DNA from: a virus
DNA: 38,078 nt
Virus genome (UHGV): UHGV-1366664
Reading direction: 5' to 3' (one strand)
Made by a program: the position numbers and the translations under genes. The notes beneath the pieces were generated by a model. That model saw only the letters and a program-made list of their open reading frames with translations, made no database searches and was not told the origin of the DNA. Below, one piece after another: positions 19,278 through 28,023 of the stretch; the stretch's first letter is position 1; each line of letters opens with the position of its first letter.

Positions 19278-19469
19278 CTACCTCACTATCTTTCGCGCTA
19301 TCCAATCCAAAAACACCACAAATAGCAGTATCGGGAATCCCGCAGCCATCAGGTAATCCGCGCCTTCTAGTTTTACATCCTCTTCGATTCCTGTCTTTAG
19401 AGTAATTACGGTTCCTAGCCCCAGGATGTAATACAGGGCTAGGAATGCGATTGTAATTAAAATGTCCAT
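19278..19469 (-). CDS. Small membrane protein (two predicted TM helices)
   Basis: 63 aa, MDILITIAFLALYYILGLGTVITL ... FPILLFVVFLDWIA. Confidence 0.45.
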   Translation of the reverse strand: MDILITIAFLALYYILGLGTVITLKTGIEEDVKLEGADYLMAAGFPILLFVVFLDWIARKIVR

Positions 19470-19470
19470 G

Positions 19471-20040
19471 TTATTCCTCCTTGTATGGTTCTGGTAGTGG
19501 CTGCCATGCTACAACCTTTTCATACCCCAATTCATCATTTGTTTCAAACACCGTATCAACGAATCCTAAACTTGTCGAATCGTAAATATCATGCCAAAAT
19601 CCAAATCCATATTCACTATCATACTGGCAGAACATCGGCAAATCCTCTTCGTGATTTTCGACAATACACATATAGAATCTCATATCATCATCTTCTGGCA
19701 ATCTCTCTTCTACCGGAATCCAACCACAACGTTTGCTATTCAGGTCATTTATGATTGTCCGCAAAAAATCTATATCCCGGTTGAATGAAGCTATGTCCTC
19801 GTCCTGCACCTTTCTTGGTTTATCGCTCCACAACTCTCTTCCCGCTCTTTGTCCATAAAAGAAAGATAACTTTTCAAGGATATCGTTCGCCTGTTTCGCG
19901 ATATCCGGGATATCTTCCATGCAACCATGGATAATATTCTGGCACTTGTTCACTGCCCTGTTCCATTCTAAATCTTCATTACTTTCCACAACCCTGTAAA
20001 TATTGCTTATCTCTTCCAAAATCTTCTCTAATACGTTCAT
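19471..20040 (-). CDS. DUF551-domain protein
   Basis: C-terminus GWIPVEERLPE...VVAWQPLPEPYK matches the phage DUF551 signature. N-terminus MNVLEKILEEI is paralogous to the next gene. Confidence 0.55.
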   Translation of the reverse strand: MNVLEKILEEISNIYRVVESNEDLEWNRAVNKCQNIIHGCMEDIPDIAKQANDILEKLSFFYGQRAGRELWSDKPRKVQDEDIASFNRDIDFLRTIINDLNSKRCGWIPVEERLPEDDDMRFYMCIVENHEEDLPMFCQYDSEYGFGFWHDIYDSTSLGFVDTVFETNDELGYEKVVAWQPLPEPYKEE

Positions 20041-20225
20041 TCCACATTCTCCTTATCCACATACTTCTCCACAATATCTACTGCACAGGTCAAGCCATAA
20101 AGATAGCTTTCCAGCTCTTCTGCTGTTTTGCTTGATCCATGTCTTTTCCTTTCTTCTTTCAGCGTTTCGTAGGCATCATTTTTCATGGATTCGATTTCTT
20201 CCACGATTTTCTCTAATGCGTTCAT
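20037..20225 (-). CDS. Hypothetical small protein (MNALEKIVEEIESMKN...)
   Basis: Likely start at 20225 (ATG overlapping the TGA of the upstream small ORF). The ORF-track extension to 20249 is less likely. Confidence 0.4.
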   Translation of the reverse strand: MNALEKIVEEIESMKNDAYETLKEERKRHGSSKTAEELESYLYGLTCAVDIVEKYVDKENVE

Positions 20226-20383
20226 CACTTCACCTTCTCCCATGACCAATCAACCTGTTCCATAACCATATCTCTCATAGCTTCTTCGATTTCCTCATCA
20301 GTTACATCATCACCAAACTCTTCTTTAAATGTCATATTTGTTCCAGCAAAACCATAATTTGCTTCTGCTTTTACTTTGATCAT
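20225..20383 (-). CDS. 52-aa acidic hypothetical protein
   Basis: Hand-translated: MIKVKAEANYGFAGTNMTFKEEFGDDVTDEEIEEAMRDMVMEQVDWSWEKVK. ATGA overlap with the Lar-like gene stop and TGATG overlap with the next start. Confidence 0.4.
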   Translation of the reverse strand: MIKVKAEANYGFAGTNMTFKEEFGDDVTDEEIEEAMRDMVMEQVDWSWEKVK

Positions 20384-20604
20384 TCTTTCACTCTCCTATT
20401 CCATGCTTCTAAAAATTCCGCATAATCATGTGTTCCTGTCGAAAATTCCAATCCACATTCACAATGTATGTATATAGGGTCGCCCCCACTATCCGGGTCA
20501 TAAAATGTTGGATGCCAATCTCTCTCAGGCAGATATAAGTCTTTTTGTTCATCAATTTCATGTCCACAAAACGGGCATTTCTTTAGTTCCTCCATGCTAC
20601 TCAC
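20380..20604 (-). CDS. Lar-family restriction-alleviation-like zinc-ribbon protein
   Basis: 74 aa. N-terminal LKKCPFCGHE, a second Cys pair CECG, and C-terminal EAWNRRV, as in Lar family proteins. Confidence 0.55.
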   Translation of the reverse strand: MSSMEELKKCPFCGHEIDEQKDLYLPERDWHPTFYDPDSGGDPIYIHCECGLEFSTGTHDYAEFLEAWNRRVKE

Positions 20605-21001
20605 TCCAATCTAATCTCTGTCCACAGCTTGGACAGAATTTATGCCTCATCCCACAAAAATATCCAGTTTCATCTTTGAATATCATCGTTTTTTTACAAT
20701 TCGGACACTTGTGTGCTTGAGAATATTTCTGTGTTTTTATATGCGTTTTCTTCGCCGTATCCCGCTCTTTCAACTCATGTATCTGACTCATCAGCTTCGC
20801 ACACTGGCTATTTGCGAAATCATTCACCTTGTTATACTGGTTCAAAATATCGCACACAAACCGTCCCATCTTGCACTCTGCGCATTTATCTTCCAGTTCC
20901 ATTTCACTTAGCTGATCTGGATACCTGCACAGGTTGTCGCATATATGCTCCATCATTTCTGTTGTGATCCCGTCCATCCATGTTTCTTCTGTTTTCGCCA
21001 T
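20597..21001 (-). CDS. Cys-rich zinc-finger protein, function unknown
   Basis: 134 aa with multiple CxxC pairs (CAECKMGRFVC, CPNCKK, CPSCGQ). Confidence 0.45.
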   Translation of the reverse strand: MAKTEETWMDGITTEMMEHICDNLCRYPDQLSEMELEDKCAECKMGRFVCDILNQYNKVNDFANSQCAKLMSQIHELKERDTAKKTHIKTQKYSQAHKCPNCKKTMIFKDETGYFCGMRHKFCPSCGQRLDWSE

Positions 21002-21387
21002 TAGTCATTCCTCCGTATCGTCATCTCGATTCCGATCTCATCTTTAATCATCTTTGTATACTCATCCCATGTTGCCATATCGTCCACCAGACACTCTGCT
21101 TTCAGGTTCATTCGGTCGATAAATCTCTTGCACCGTTTCCCGGCAAACCCGAACTCATCATGCAGTGTTGCGACTGCGATCACCATCATTGTGTCCAGTG
21201 TCATGTTTTTGATTTTCTCACAGGCAATGTTTAGTTCTTTTCTGGTTGATGCTGTATTTATTCCTGTGATATTCCGGAACTGGATTTCTTTTTCCAGCCC
21301 CTCGATACCGTATTTTTTTACAATCTCTCTGGCCAGAATCAGCCCTTGTGATCTGCCAGCGGTATAATCATCAACTTTTCCCATCAC
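21001..21387 (-). CDS. Hypothetical protein
   Basis: 128 aa ORF tightly packed in the operon. Confidence 0.45.
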   Translation of the reverse strand: MMGKVDDYTAGRSQGLILAREIVKKYGIEGLEKEIQFRNITGINTASTRKELNIACEKIKNMTLDTMMVIAVATLHDEFGFAGKRCKRFIDRMNLKAECLVDDMATWDEYTKMIKDEIGIEMTIRRND

Positions 21388-22236
21388 CTATTCCTCCGCA
21401 ATAAAGTCTTCTATGCTCATTTGTTCATCTCTTTCATAAGCCAGCATTTCCTCTGTCGCTCGCCTATAGAAATTTCTGTCAATCTCGAACCCATAAGCGC
21501 TCCTTCCAAGTTCTGCAGCTGCTCTGAGCGTAGAGCCACTGCCGGCGCACGGATCAATTACCACATCACCTGGATCCGTGAAGATCTCGATCAGCTGTTT
21601 TAATACTTTCACTGGCTTTTGGGCTGGGTGAATTTTTGGAATTTCTTTTCCGTCCTTCTCCCATGCGAACCAATTAAATATCATCTTCCCTGTACCAGGT
21701 ATGTTCTTCCCGTTTTCGTCTGTTTTGACTCCGTTTCTGAATTTTGGAAGTCGATCACGATACAACACCAACGCATATTCCGTAGCCCCAACAATACGCA
21801 TATTTGCTTTTAATACCTGCGGGCTATAGTTTTTGCAAAATACAAGTGGTATGTAATGCACAAATCCATGTTTTTCTGCCGCTTTGATCAGCGTCTGAAT
21901 CTGTTCAAATGCACAGAACACAATCATGCAAGGTGAATTGCTGCTTCTCCCTCTACTGCATGGCTTTTTGTCTTCTTTTTTCAGCATCTTGGAACAAAAG
22001 TGAAAGTATTCGTAAAGATTGAAATTAAAATCGGAATTAAAGGCTGCTTTCCCTGCAAGTTTACTTTCTCCGTTTTTATTATCTCCACCTTTGTACCACA
22101 TCGGATTGCTGCCATAGAAGTTGTTCCCTACGTTGTACGGCACATCTGCAATAATCAACTGTGCTGGCTGAATCCCGTATTTTTTATAGTTCTGCATCGA
22201 ATCTCTGTATAATTCACACTTTAGTTTTTTTCTCAT
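21388..22236 (-). CDS. Orphan DNA methyltransferase, beta class (N6-adenine or N4-cytosine)
   Basis: Motif IV-like ADVPYN precedes motif I VIDPCAGSGST (beta-class order). 282 aa, with no adjacent restriction endonuclease gene. Confidence 0.85.
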   Translation of the reverse strand: MRKKLKCELYRDSMQNYKKYGIQPAQLIIADVPYNVGNNFYGSNPMWYKGGDNKNGESKLAGKAAFNSDFNFNLYEYFHFCSKMLKKEDKKPCSRGRSSNSPCMIVFCAFEQIQTLIKAAEKHGFVHYIPLVFCKNYSPQVLKANMRIVGATEYALVLYRDRLPKFRNGVKTDENGKNIPGTGKMIFNWFAWEKDGKEIPKIHPAQKPVKVLKQLIEIFTDPGDVVIDPCAGSGSTLRAAAELGRSAYGFEIDRNFYRRATEEMLAYERDEQMSIEDFIAEE

Positions 22237-22288
22237 TTTTTCTCAGAAGCCCGGTATACCCTTGCCCCGGCCGGAGGCTGGCTCCTTT

Positions 22289-22585
22289 CTATTTTTCTTT
22301 CTTCTTATCTCCCGGAACGATCAACATTCCTTTGATTCTCTCATTTCCTCTTAGATTTTCGCAGTATTCCTCCCATTCAAAGACCTGTTCCTGCGTCCAT
22401 CCTTTTACCACTCTGCGTTTCCGGATCTCAGTCTCATCCATGTACCGGATAAGATCATCTCTGGTAAATTCCGCTTTCTGGATATCATGTAAGACTTTAT
22501 GGATATGCTCATCCGAGCATCCGAGTTTTACCATCTCTTCGATTTGGAACTGGTACGGATCCAGAAAGTGTGCTGGCCTACTCAT
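22289..22585 (-). CDS. Hypothetical protein
   Basis: Start MSRPAHF at 22585 avoids overlapping the upstream gene. The ORF-track start at 22621 is the alternative. Confidence 0.45.
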   Translation of the reverse strand: MSRPAHFLDPYQFQIEEMVKLGCSDEHIHKVLHDIQKAEFTRDDLIRYMDETEIRKRRVVKGWTQEQVFEWEEYCENLRGNERIKGMLIVPGDKKKEK

Positions 22586-23726
22586 TTTCTGCCCTTTCGA
22601 TTGTGCGAACTGGAATTCCATTTACTTCCAAGCTGTCATCTACCGCTATTACTAAGCATTTCCTTCCATTCACAACCATTGTATCTACAAGATCTGTCCG
22701 CCCTGGATTCACTTTAATCACAATATCCGGTGTTTCAATCTGGAATTTTTTCGTCTCTGTAATGTTCTCTGCAAGCAGAGATGTCTTTTCTCCTGCAGTC
22801 TCTTCATAATTCTGATCAAAACTCTCCATTTTTTTCGAAGGGATGCCGCTCTTTTCAAATACCTTGCGTACATCGGTCTTATCCAGCTGCAGTGGTTCCG
22901 GTTCTTCTTTATGTTCCTCGATCATATCATTCAAAGTATCATGGATATTGCGGATCGTCTCATAATCTCCGTCTTCTCCCAAAGTATCCTCAATCAGCAT
23001 CTGAAATGTCTCTTTTTGCGTATTCGCCGACATCGGCATCCTTGCTCCCAGCAGCTGTTCGATTAGCTCCTGCTGTAAATCCTCTGACTTCTTTGTATAA
23101 TAGAGAACCCCGTGGATATCTGTGCTCCTGTCATTAAATGCAGGGAACAAGAATCCTTTGTCAGGCATACCTACTACCCAGTCCCGGATACGGTCCTGAA
23201 TGCAATTACTCTCTGCATGGTAACTCAATCCAGCCTTTGACAAAGAAACCGGGCAGATGCTGCATAGCAGATATTCATACACTTCTTCTGACGCATCGTA
23301 CATCTCCGTTCCATCAGAAGATTTTCCCGGTATATCATACATTGCATGGATGAGGACGATGTAATAATTTTCGCTGTAGTCATAAGATTCGATTACCCTA
23401 TCGTAGAACTCTTCCAGAAGCTGGTCATCTTCCAACTTGCTTTTTCTGAGCTTCATCAAAAATTCCTGTGTTCCTCCCGGCGTCTCCTGTTTTGTCGGAA
23501 ATTCCAGATTTAACAAATTCTTGCCGACACTTCCGGACAGCGTTTTTCTGAAGATGTCAAAATACTTGAATGCGTCCTCTTCCGGTAAGGACAGGAATGC
23601 GCTTTTTGACTCCATCTTTTTGTTTTTCTCATGATCCACATAGCAACCGGCAATTCTTGTGATTGCACAATTTGCTGGCGTAAACTGTTTACGAATCTCC
23701 AATACTTCTTTTTTATTCATTTTCAA
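22578..23726 (-). CDS. DUF4317-like protein
   Basis: 382 aa. N-terminus MNKKEVLEIRKQFTPANCAITRIAGCYVDHEKNKK resembles the DUF4317 family found in Clostridia and their phages. Confidence 0.5.
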   Translation of the reverse strand: MKMNKKEVLEIRKQFTPANCAITRIAGCYVDHEKNKKMESKSAFLSLPEEDAFKYFDIFRKTLSGSVGKNLLNLEFPTKQETPGGTQEFLMKLRKSKLEDDQLLEEFYDRVIESYDYSENYYIVLIHAMYDIPGKSSDGTEMYDASEEVYEYLLCSICPVSLSKAGLSYHAESNCIQDRIRDWVVGMPDKGFLFPAFNDRSTDIHGVLYYTKKSEDLQQELIEQLLGARMPMSANTQKETFQMLIEDTLGEDGDYETIRNIHDTLNDMIEEHKEEPEPLQLDKTDVRKVFEKSGIPSKKMESFDQNYEETAGEKTSLLAENITETKKFQIETPDIVIKVNPGRTDLVDTMVVNGRKCLVIAVDDSLEVNGIPVRTIERAENE

Positions 23727-23904
23727 CCTCTCTTTCCAGCCACTCTTTTTGGCTCTTGTACAAATTCAGGTATTTATCACGGTTTTCTTCGTACAGATCG
23801 TATTCTAAATCCTCATCTATTCTTGTAAGTATCATCTTCACTGCGGAGATTTCTGGTGTATCCATTTCTCCTGTTATGTTGTTCAAATGATCATTATTCG
23901 TCAT
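23713..23904 (-). CDS. Hypothetical small acidic protein
   Basis: 63 aa ORF, translationally coupled to the upstream small ORF. Confidence 0.4.
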   Translation of the reverse strand: MTNNDHLNNITGEMDTPEISAVKMILTRIDEDLEYDLYEENRDKYLNLYKSQKEWLEREVENE

Positions 23905-24029
23905 TTTCCTCTCACCCTTTTCTTCCTCTTCCGCTTTGTACTGCCGTACATAAACGCTGCCATATTGCCCGGTTTGAATCCTGCAGACTGTTTTCTATGG
24001 CTGCTAAAGCTGTATTTTCCTCTGTCCAT
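23901..24029 (-). CDS. 42-aa basic peptide (hypothetical)
   Basis: Hand-translated: MDRGKYSFSSHRKQSAGFKPGNMAAFMYGSTKRKRKKRVRGK. RBS AAAGGGAG. Its TGA overlaps the next ATG. Confidence 0.3.
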   Translation of the reverse strand: MDRGKYSFSSHRKQSAGFKPGNMAAFMYGSTKRKRKKRVRGK

Positions 24030-24031
24030 GC

Positions 24032-24610
24032 TTACTCCCTTTCTAAACTCCACCATGCTTTCACGTTCTTTCCATATCCGGTTGTCTGTATCTTTATTTT
24101 TAATTCGTTTCTTGCTTTCATAACATCTGACCGTTTGATTCCCGCTGCATCTGACTCCATGAGCAGTTTCGCTCCGTCATATCGTCCGCCTGCCATTTTA
24201 TCTTTTAACCATTCCACCGCCTTGTCATAATCGGTCTTAGATACCTCGTTGACCTTGTCTTTGATCTTTTCCAATTGGATGGTGTTGGCGTTCAGCTTAT
24301 TCCAGATCTTTTCAAAATTTTCTTGCATGATTCTGCGATTTTCTAAAATCTCATCCCGGATGACTGTAAGCGCCTGTGCTGCGGTCATCCCCTTCTTTTC
24401 TGGCTCTTTCACTAGACTTCCCGGTTCAAGTCCGAGAAGTAAACACATGATCCGTTCCACAGCTTCTGGTTGATCTGGATTATTGGCTATGTAATTCACA
24501 AAACTTTCGCTTCTCCCCATTTCTAGGGAGAATCCCTTTTTCGTCTTGCCTCGCTTCTCCAATTGCTTGCAGAGCAGAGCGTAGTTTATTGTTACTTTCT
24601 TTGGTTCCAT
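24032..24610 (-). CDS. Hypothetical protein
   Basis: 192 aa ORF immediately downstream of the replisome organizer. Confidence 0.45.
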   Translation of the reverse strand: MEPKKVTINYALLCKQLEKRGKTKKGFSLEMGRSESFVNYIANNPDQPEAVERIMCLLLGLEPGSLVKEPEKKGMTAAQALTVIRDEILENRRIMQENFEKIWNKLNANTIQLEKIKDKVNEVSKTDYDKAVEWLKDKMAGGRYDGAKLLMESDAAGIKRSDVMKARNELKIKIQTTGYGKNVKAWWSLERE

Positions 24611-24619
24611 AGTTCCTCC

Positions 24620-25438
24620 TTAATTTTCCGTCAACACATCTCCAAGCGCTTCCATGTCGTATCGTCTGCGTTCAAAATTGTTATTATTTCTATGTGTCGG
24701 CTCTGATCTAACTGGCATTCTTCCCTTATCCTGTTCTTTGGATAGCCAGGAATTTATAAATCTTGCGATTCCTCTCTTTGTTTTTCTTCTCGCTTTATTG
24801 CTGTCTAACCAAGATTTCATTTTTCTGAGTTCCTGCATCACATCAACAGCAGGGAATAATTCACTCCACTCTGATACATTGTCTTCGTAAATCCAATGCT
24901 CTGTACCGTCATTCAACGATAGTGAGATGACTTTTTTCCGGTCTGGAGCTTCCGGCTCCGGACAAGTAGTATTTATACTACTCTTATCTATACTATCCTT
25001 ACCTAACCTAACCTGGGTTTCCAGAACGTCAACCGCATGGTTACCACTTGGTTGACATGTGGTTGATAACTGGTTGACAGGTGGTTGACAAGTAGTCGAA
25101 AGAACGTATTTTCCGTTCAAATTTTCCAATTTATTCAGTTCATCCAAACATCTTGTCTGTGTGTATCTATCTTTCCTGATCGAATTGTTTGTTTTCCAGT
25201 CAGAAATCACGATAACGCCACTTTCAAATGGAATGATAAACCCTTTTGCGACCAGTATTTTCAAATCATCTTCCGCTGCTCCAACCATTCTCACGATTTG
25301 CTTCGGAGACGATACAAAGCCGTCATCATCAGCTTTCATGCCGAATTGTAAGTACAGAGCTTGAGTCGATGACGGCATTTCAACAAACTTATCTGTGCAT
25401 ACAACATCTGCCGAAAACATTCTTCTGTTCGCCATCAC
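24620..25438 (-). CDS. Phage replisome organizer (N-terminal Phage_rep_org_N-like domain)
   Basis: N-terminus MFSADVVCTDKFVEMPSSTQALYLQFGMKADDDGFVSSPKQIV matches the replisome-organizer N-domain. The origin iterons lie inside this gene. Confidence 0.7.
   Translation of the reverse strand: MMANRRMFSADVVCTDKFVEMPSSTQALYLQFGMKADDDGFVSSPKQIVRMVGAAEDDLKILVAKGFIIPFESGVIVISDWKTNNSIRKDRYTQTRCLDELNKLENLNGKYVLSTTCQPPVNQLSTTCQPSGNHAVDVLETQVRLGKDSIDKSSINTTCPEPEAPDRKKVISLSLNDGTEHWIYEDNVSEWSELFPAVDVMQELRKMKSWLDSNKARRKTKRGIARFINSWLSKEQDKGRMPVRSEPTHRNNNNFERRRYDMEALGDVLTEN
24961..25095. repeat. Putative origin of replication: AT-rich repeat block followed by five 11-bp-spaced iterons plus one inverted copy
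   Basis: GGTTACCA (25039), GGTTGACA (25050), GGTTGATA (25061), GGTTGACA (25072) and GGTTGACA (25083) have start-to-start spacing of exactly 11 bp. An inverted GGTTGACG lies at 25027-25034. Upstream is an AT-rich stretch with TATACTA x2 and ACCTAACCTAACCTG. Confidence 0.6.
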
Positions 25439-25845
25439 TCATCCTCCGCAATATAGACCACTACGCAAGGCGTGTCCGAATATGCCTTTTCAATTTCCAG
25501 ACTGGTCACCTGCTTATCATCGGTGTATGCGACTCCGTTCAGTCCATCCAGAATGATTTTTGCGATATTATCCAAGTCCGGCTTCTTATTCGGCTTTATT
25601 TCGCCTTTTAAGGCTTTTTCCTTATTCTTCTTAGACCAGCTCTCTGGAATCGGAAATTTCGCTAAAATACGAACTCTCAGAGGTATCTCTGTATAAAGAA
25701 CGCCTGCGCTTTGTTTATAAATCCTCGCAACTTCCTTTTCATATTTCTTGGTTGCGGGTGGTGTGTATGTAATGACCTTAAATCCGGCTCCGCGGAATCT
25801 TGGTCTTGCTTTTCCGACCGGTTTTCCCGGAATTGTAATTATCAT
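25435..25845 (-). CDS. rusA: Holliday junction resolvase RusA
   Basis: 136 aa. IPGKPVGKARPRF ... DLDNIAKIILDGLNGVAYTDDKQV are classic RusA motifs. Confidence 0.85.
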   Translation of the reverse strand: MIITIPGKPVGKARPRFRGAGFKVITYTPPATKKYEKEVARIYKQSAGVLYTEIPLRVRILAKFPIPESWSKKNKEKALKGEIKPNKKPDLDNIAKIILDGLNGVAYTDDKQVTSLEIEKAYSDTPCVVVYIAEDE

Positions 25846-25958
25846 TCGTTCTCCTTTCTGCTCCCGGAGTTACCGGGAGACAATGAATCTGGCTTACTTA
25901 AGGTATTTGTGACGTACTACACAGCAGCCATGAACGGGTTACAATTTATAGCAAAGGT

Positions 25959-26318
25959 TTAACCCTTACTAACATAGTGAAATTCTTGCCGGAACTGTTC
26001 TTCTGTTCCGTAGTGATGCAAATAATACTCTTTGCAGCGTTTTCTTAAGTATCGGTCAACTTTCGATGCATTCTCCCCTGCCCTTGTTCCGTTTGGATGC
26101 AGATCCGGTCTCAGCGGAGCTATGAATCCGTAATCTTCCGAAAGTTCAATTTCTTTCGATGTGTGGCTAAAAACATGATGTCTCCCCACTCCGTAAGCTC
26201 CGGTGTGCATGCAGTGATCCATATCTTCTGTAAATATGCTCCACAGCTTCTTTGGTCTGCCGGATGCTCTTTGATGACCTTTTTTCTTTTTCTTTCGCTT
26301 CGGCTTTGGGAATGCCAT
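25959..26318 (-). CDS. Hypothetical protein with basic N-terminus and His/Cys cluster (possible HNH-like nuclease)
   Basis: 119 aa. KPKRKKKKKGHQRASGRPKK, then DHCMHTGAYGVGRHHVFSH. Too weak to assign a family by eye. Confidence 0.35.
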   Translation of the reverse strand: MAFPKPKRKKKKKGHQRASGRPKKLWSIFTEDMDHCMHTGAYGVGRHHVFSHTSKEIELSEDYGFIAPLRPDLHPNGTRAGENASKVDRYLRKRCKEYYLHHYGTEEQFRQEFHYVSKG

Positions 26319-26335
26319 GTCACTGTAATCAATGC

Positions 26336-26851
26336 TTATAATTCAATCCCCCACATCTCTTTCATTTTCCGAATCTCATCCGGTGTATCTGTCGGAATAC
26401 CAAGACTTTTGCACTCTTCCACCGCTCCATCTATCAACATGCAAGCTTCGTTGGTATCGTATTCGCTCAATCCCTTCCAACAGCGCAAAGTACAAACAGT
26501 AATGTACTCATTTTCCTTGTTCACGAACTCTTTCTTGTTCTGTACTTCTACAATCCGGTAACAAGCTCTTGCAAGATGCACCTGATCGGACGGAAGGCTT
26601 ATAAAATCTGACGTCCCGTATATCCTTAAAAGATGCAAATACACATCGTTTTCAGTCTGTCCGTTTTTCATAACGCTGCGAAGTTCTTTTACCAGCGTCC
26701 AAAAGTATTTTCTTTGCTGATCTGTTTTTGATTCTTTGTGCAGAGCAATACTCACATCGACATCTTTGTCGCAAATCAACTTTATCAATGATCTGATGCC
26801 TTCCTTTACGTAATTCGGCATCTGCACTTTACTTCTGACCCACACTGTCAT
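26336..26851 (-). CDS. Hypothetical protein (recombination/replication module)
   Basis: 171 aa ORF overlapping the upstream annealing-protein gene by 23 nt. Confidence 0.45.
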   Translation of the reverse strand: MTVWVRSKVQMPNYVKEGIRSLIKLICDKDVDVSIALHKESKTDQQRKYFWTLVKELRSVMKNGQTENDVYLHLLRIYGTSDFISLPSDQVHLARACYRIVEVQNKKEFVNKENEYITVCTLRCWKGLSEYDTNEACMLIDGAVEECKSLGIPTDTPDEIRKMKEMWGIEL

Positions 26852-27431
26852 GCTTTACCTTCTCCATTCTTTCTGCGAAATCTTTAATTTGTCTATCAGT
26901 CACCTGTTCGATAGCGTCTAGCCTATACACCTTCATAAATTCCACTTCTGAGCATCTGTACTTTCTCAGTTCGTTTCTCACACGTTCCACCCGTTCAAAC
27001 GGCGAATCATATTTCGTTCTATCCGCTTCAAAATACACGTCAGCCCCGATTCCAAGTTGCTTACAAGCTACAGAAATAGCGTCTGTTGTTGCCATTTTGT
27101 AACATTCATCGGAAACAAAAAGACCATTTCTTTCGTTTTGCGATAGCTTACTCCCCCCAGTTCCACAGATCGGTTGCGACCACTCACCATCTACCTTTAT
27201 AAACAGTTCGATATCTACGAATGCAACTGTTTCTCCTCCTGCCTGCTCTGTCCACTTTTTAACTGGCCTGTAAAACCAGCCAATGCCACACGGACCATAT
27301 TCACTTGTGAGCACTTTAATTCTCCACATAGGGTTAATATCCGTCATTCCGTTCAATCGACCGCCTTTAATCGGCTTCTTCGCTTCTTCCGGAACAACTC
27401 TCACCCTGTTATATAAATCCAAATTTCCCAT
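26829..27431 (-). CDS. Single-strand annealing protein, Rad52-like (Sak-type)
   Basis: The motif GGRLNGMTDINPMWRIKVLTSEYGPCGIGW resembles the Rad52/Sak core (…I..W.VI.L.NE.FG..GW). Sits after the Gp157-like gene, as in Sfi21-type phages. Confidence 0.55.
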   Translation of the reverse strand: MGNLDLYNRVRVVPEEAKKPIKGGRLNGMTDINPMWRIKVLTSEYGPCGIGWFYRPVKKWTEQAGGETVAFVDIELFIKVDGEWSQPICGTGGSKLSQNERNGLFVSDECYKMATTDAISVACKQLGIGADVYFEADRTKYDSPFERVERVRNELRKYRCSEVEFMKVYRLDAIEQVTDRQIKDFAERMEKVKHDSVGQK

Positions 27432-27439
27432 GATTGTAC

Positions 27440-27904
27440 CTACCGAATCTGAATATTATTATTCTGCACCAATACAACGCCAGAGAGTTCAATTCCATCT
27501 TTCAGTGCCTTTTTCACCTTTGTTTTATCAACCTCAGGATCAGCAAATTTCAAGTATTCCTTGTCCAGTTTTGAAACATCTTGCACCTCTACACTCTCTG
27601 ATTTTCGATAAGAGATGCTGACTCTTGCTGTTTTAAATTTTTCACCACACAAATAACCAGACAGGTATTCTTTTAGATTTCTTGCCTTGTTTTCACATGA
27701 TTTCTGGCGGTCAGCCAGTTTATTTTTCTCTGCCTTGATTGCTTCTGCATCAGATAAGAGGTTTTTGATCCAGAGAGCAATTCCCTCTACCTTTTTGTCA
27801 AAATCCATCTGCAACTGTGCCAGCTTTTCCGGGTCGATAATCTCGCCTGTTTCCTGATCTACACAATTTAAAATCTCTTCATCAATCTCGTATAATGTTG
27901 CCAT
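27440..27904 (-). CDS. Sipho_Gp157-like protein
   Basis: 154 aa coiled-coil acidic protein (MATLYEIDEEI...) in the position occupied by orf157 in S. thermophilus-type phages. Assignment is by size and synteny only. Confidence 0.4.
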   Translation of the reverse strand: MATLYEIDEEILNCVDQETGEIIDPEKLAQLQMDFDKKVEGIALWIKNLLSDAEAIKAEKNKLADRQKSCENKARNLKEYLSGYLCGEKFKTARVSISYRKSESVEVQDVSKLDKEYLKFADPEVDKTKVKKALKDGIELSGVVLVQNNNIQIR

Positions 27905-28023
27905 TCGTTATCTCCTCCATAAAATCGCAATAATTTTGATAGTGTCTTCTCCTTACTTTAAAATATCTCTCACTCTCAACAGCTTCTCGTTCTGTCATTT
28001 CTTCTTGCTCGGTATCTGTATAG

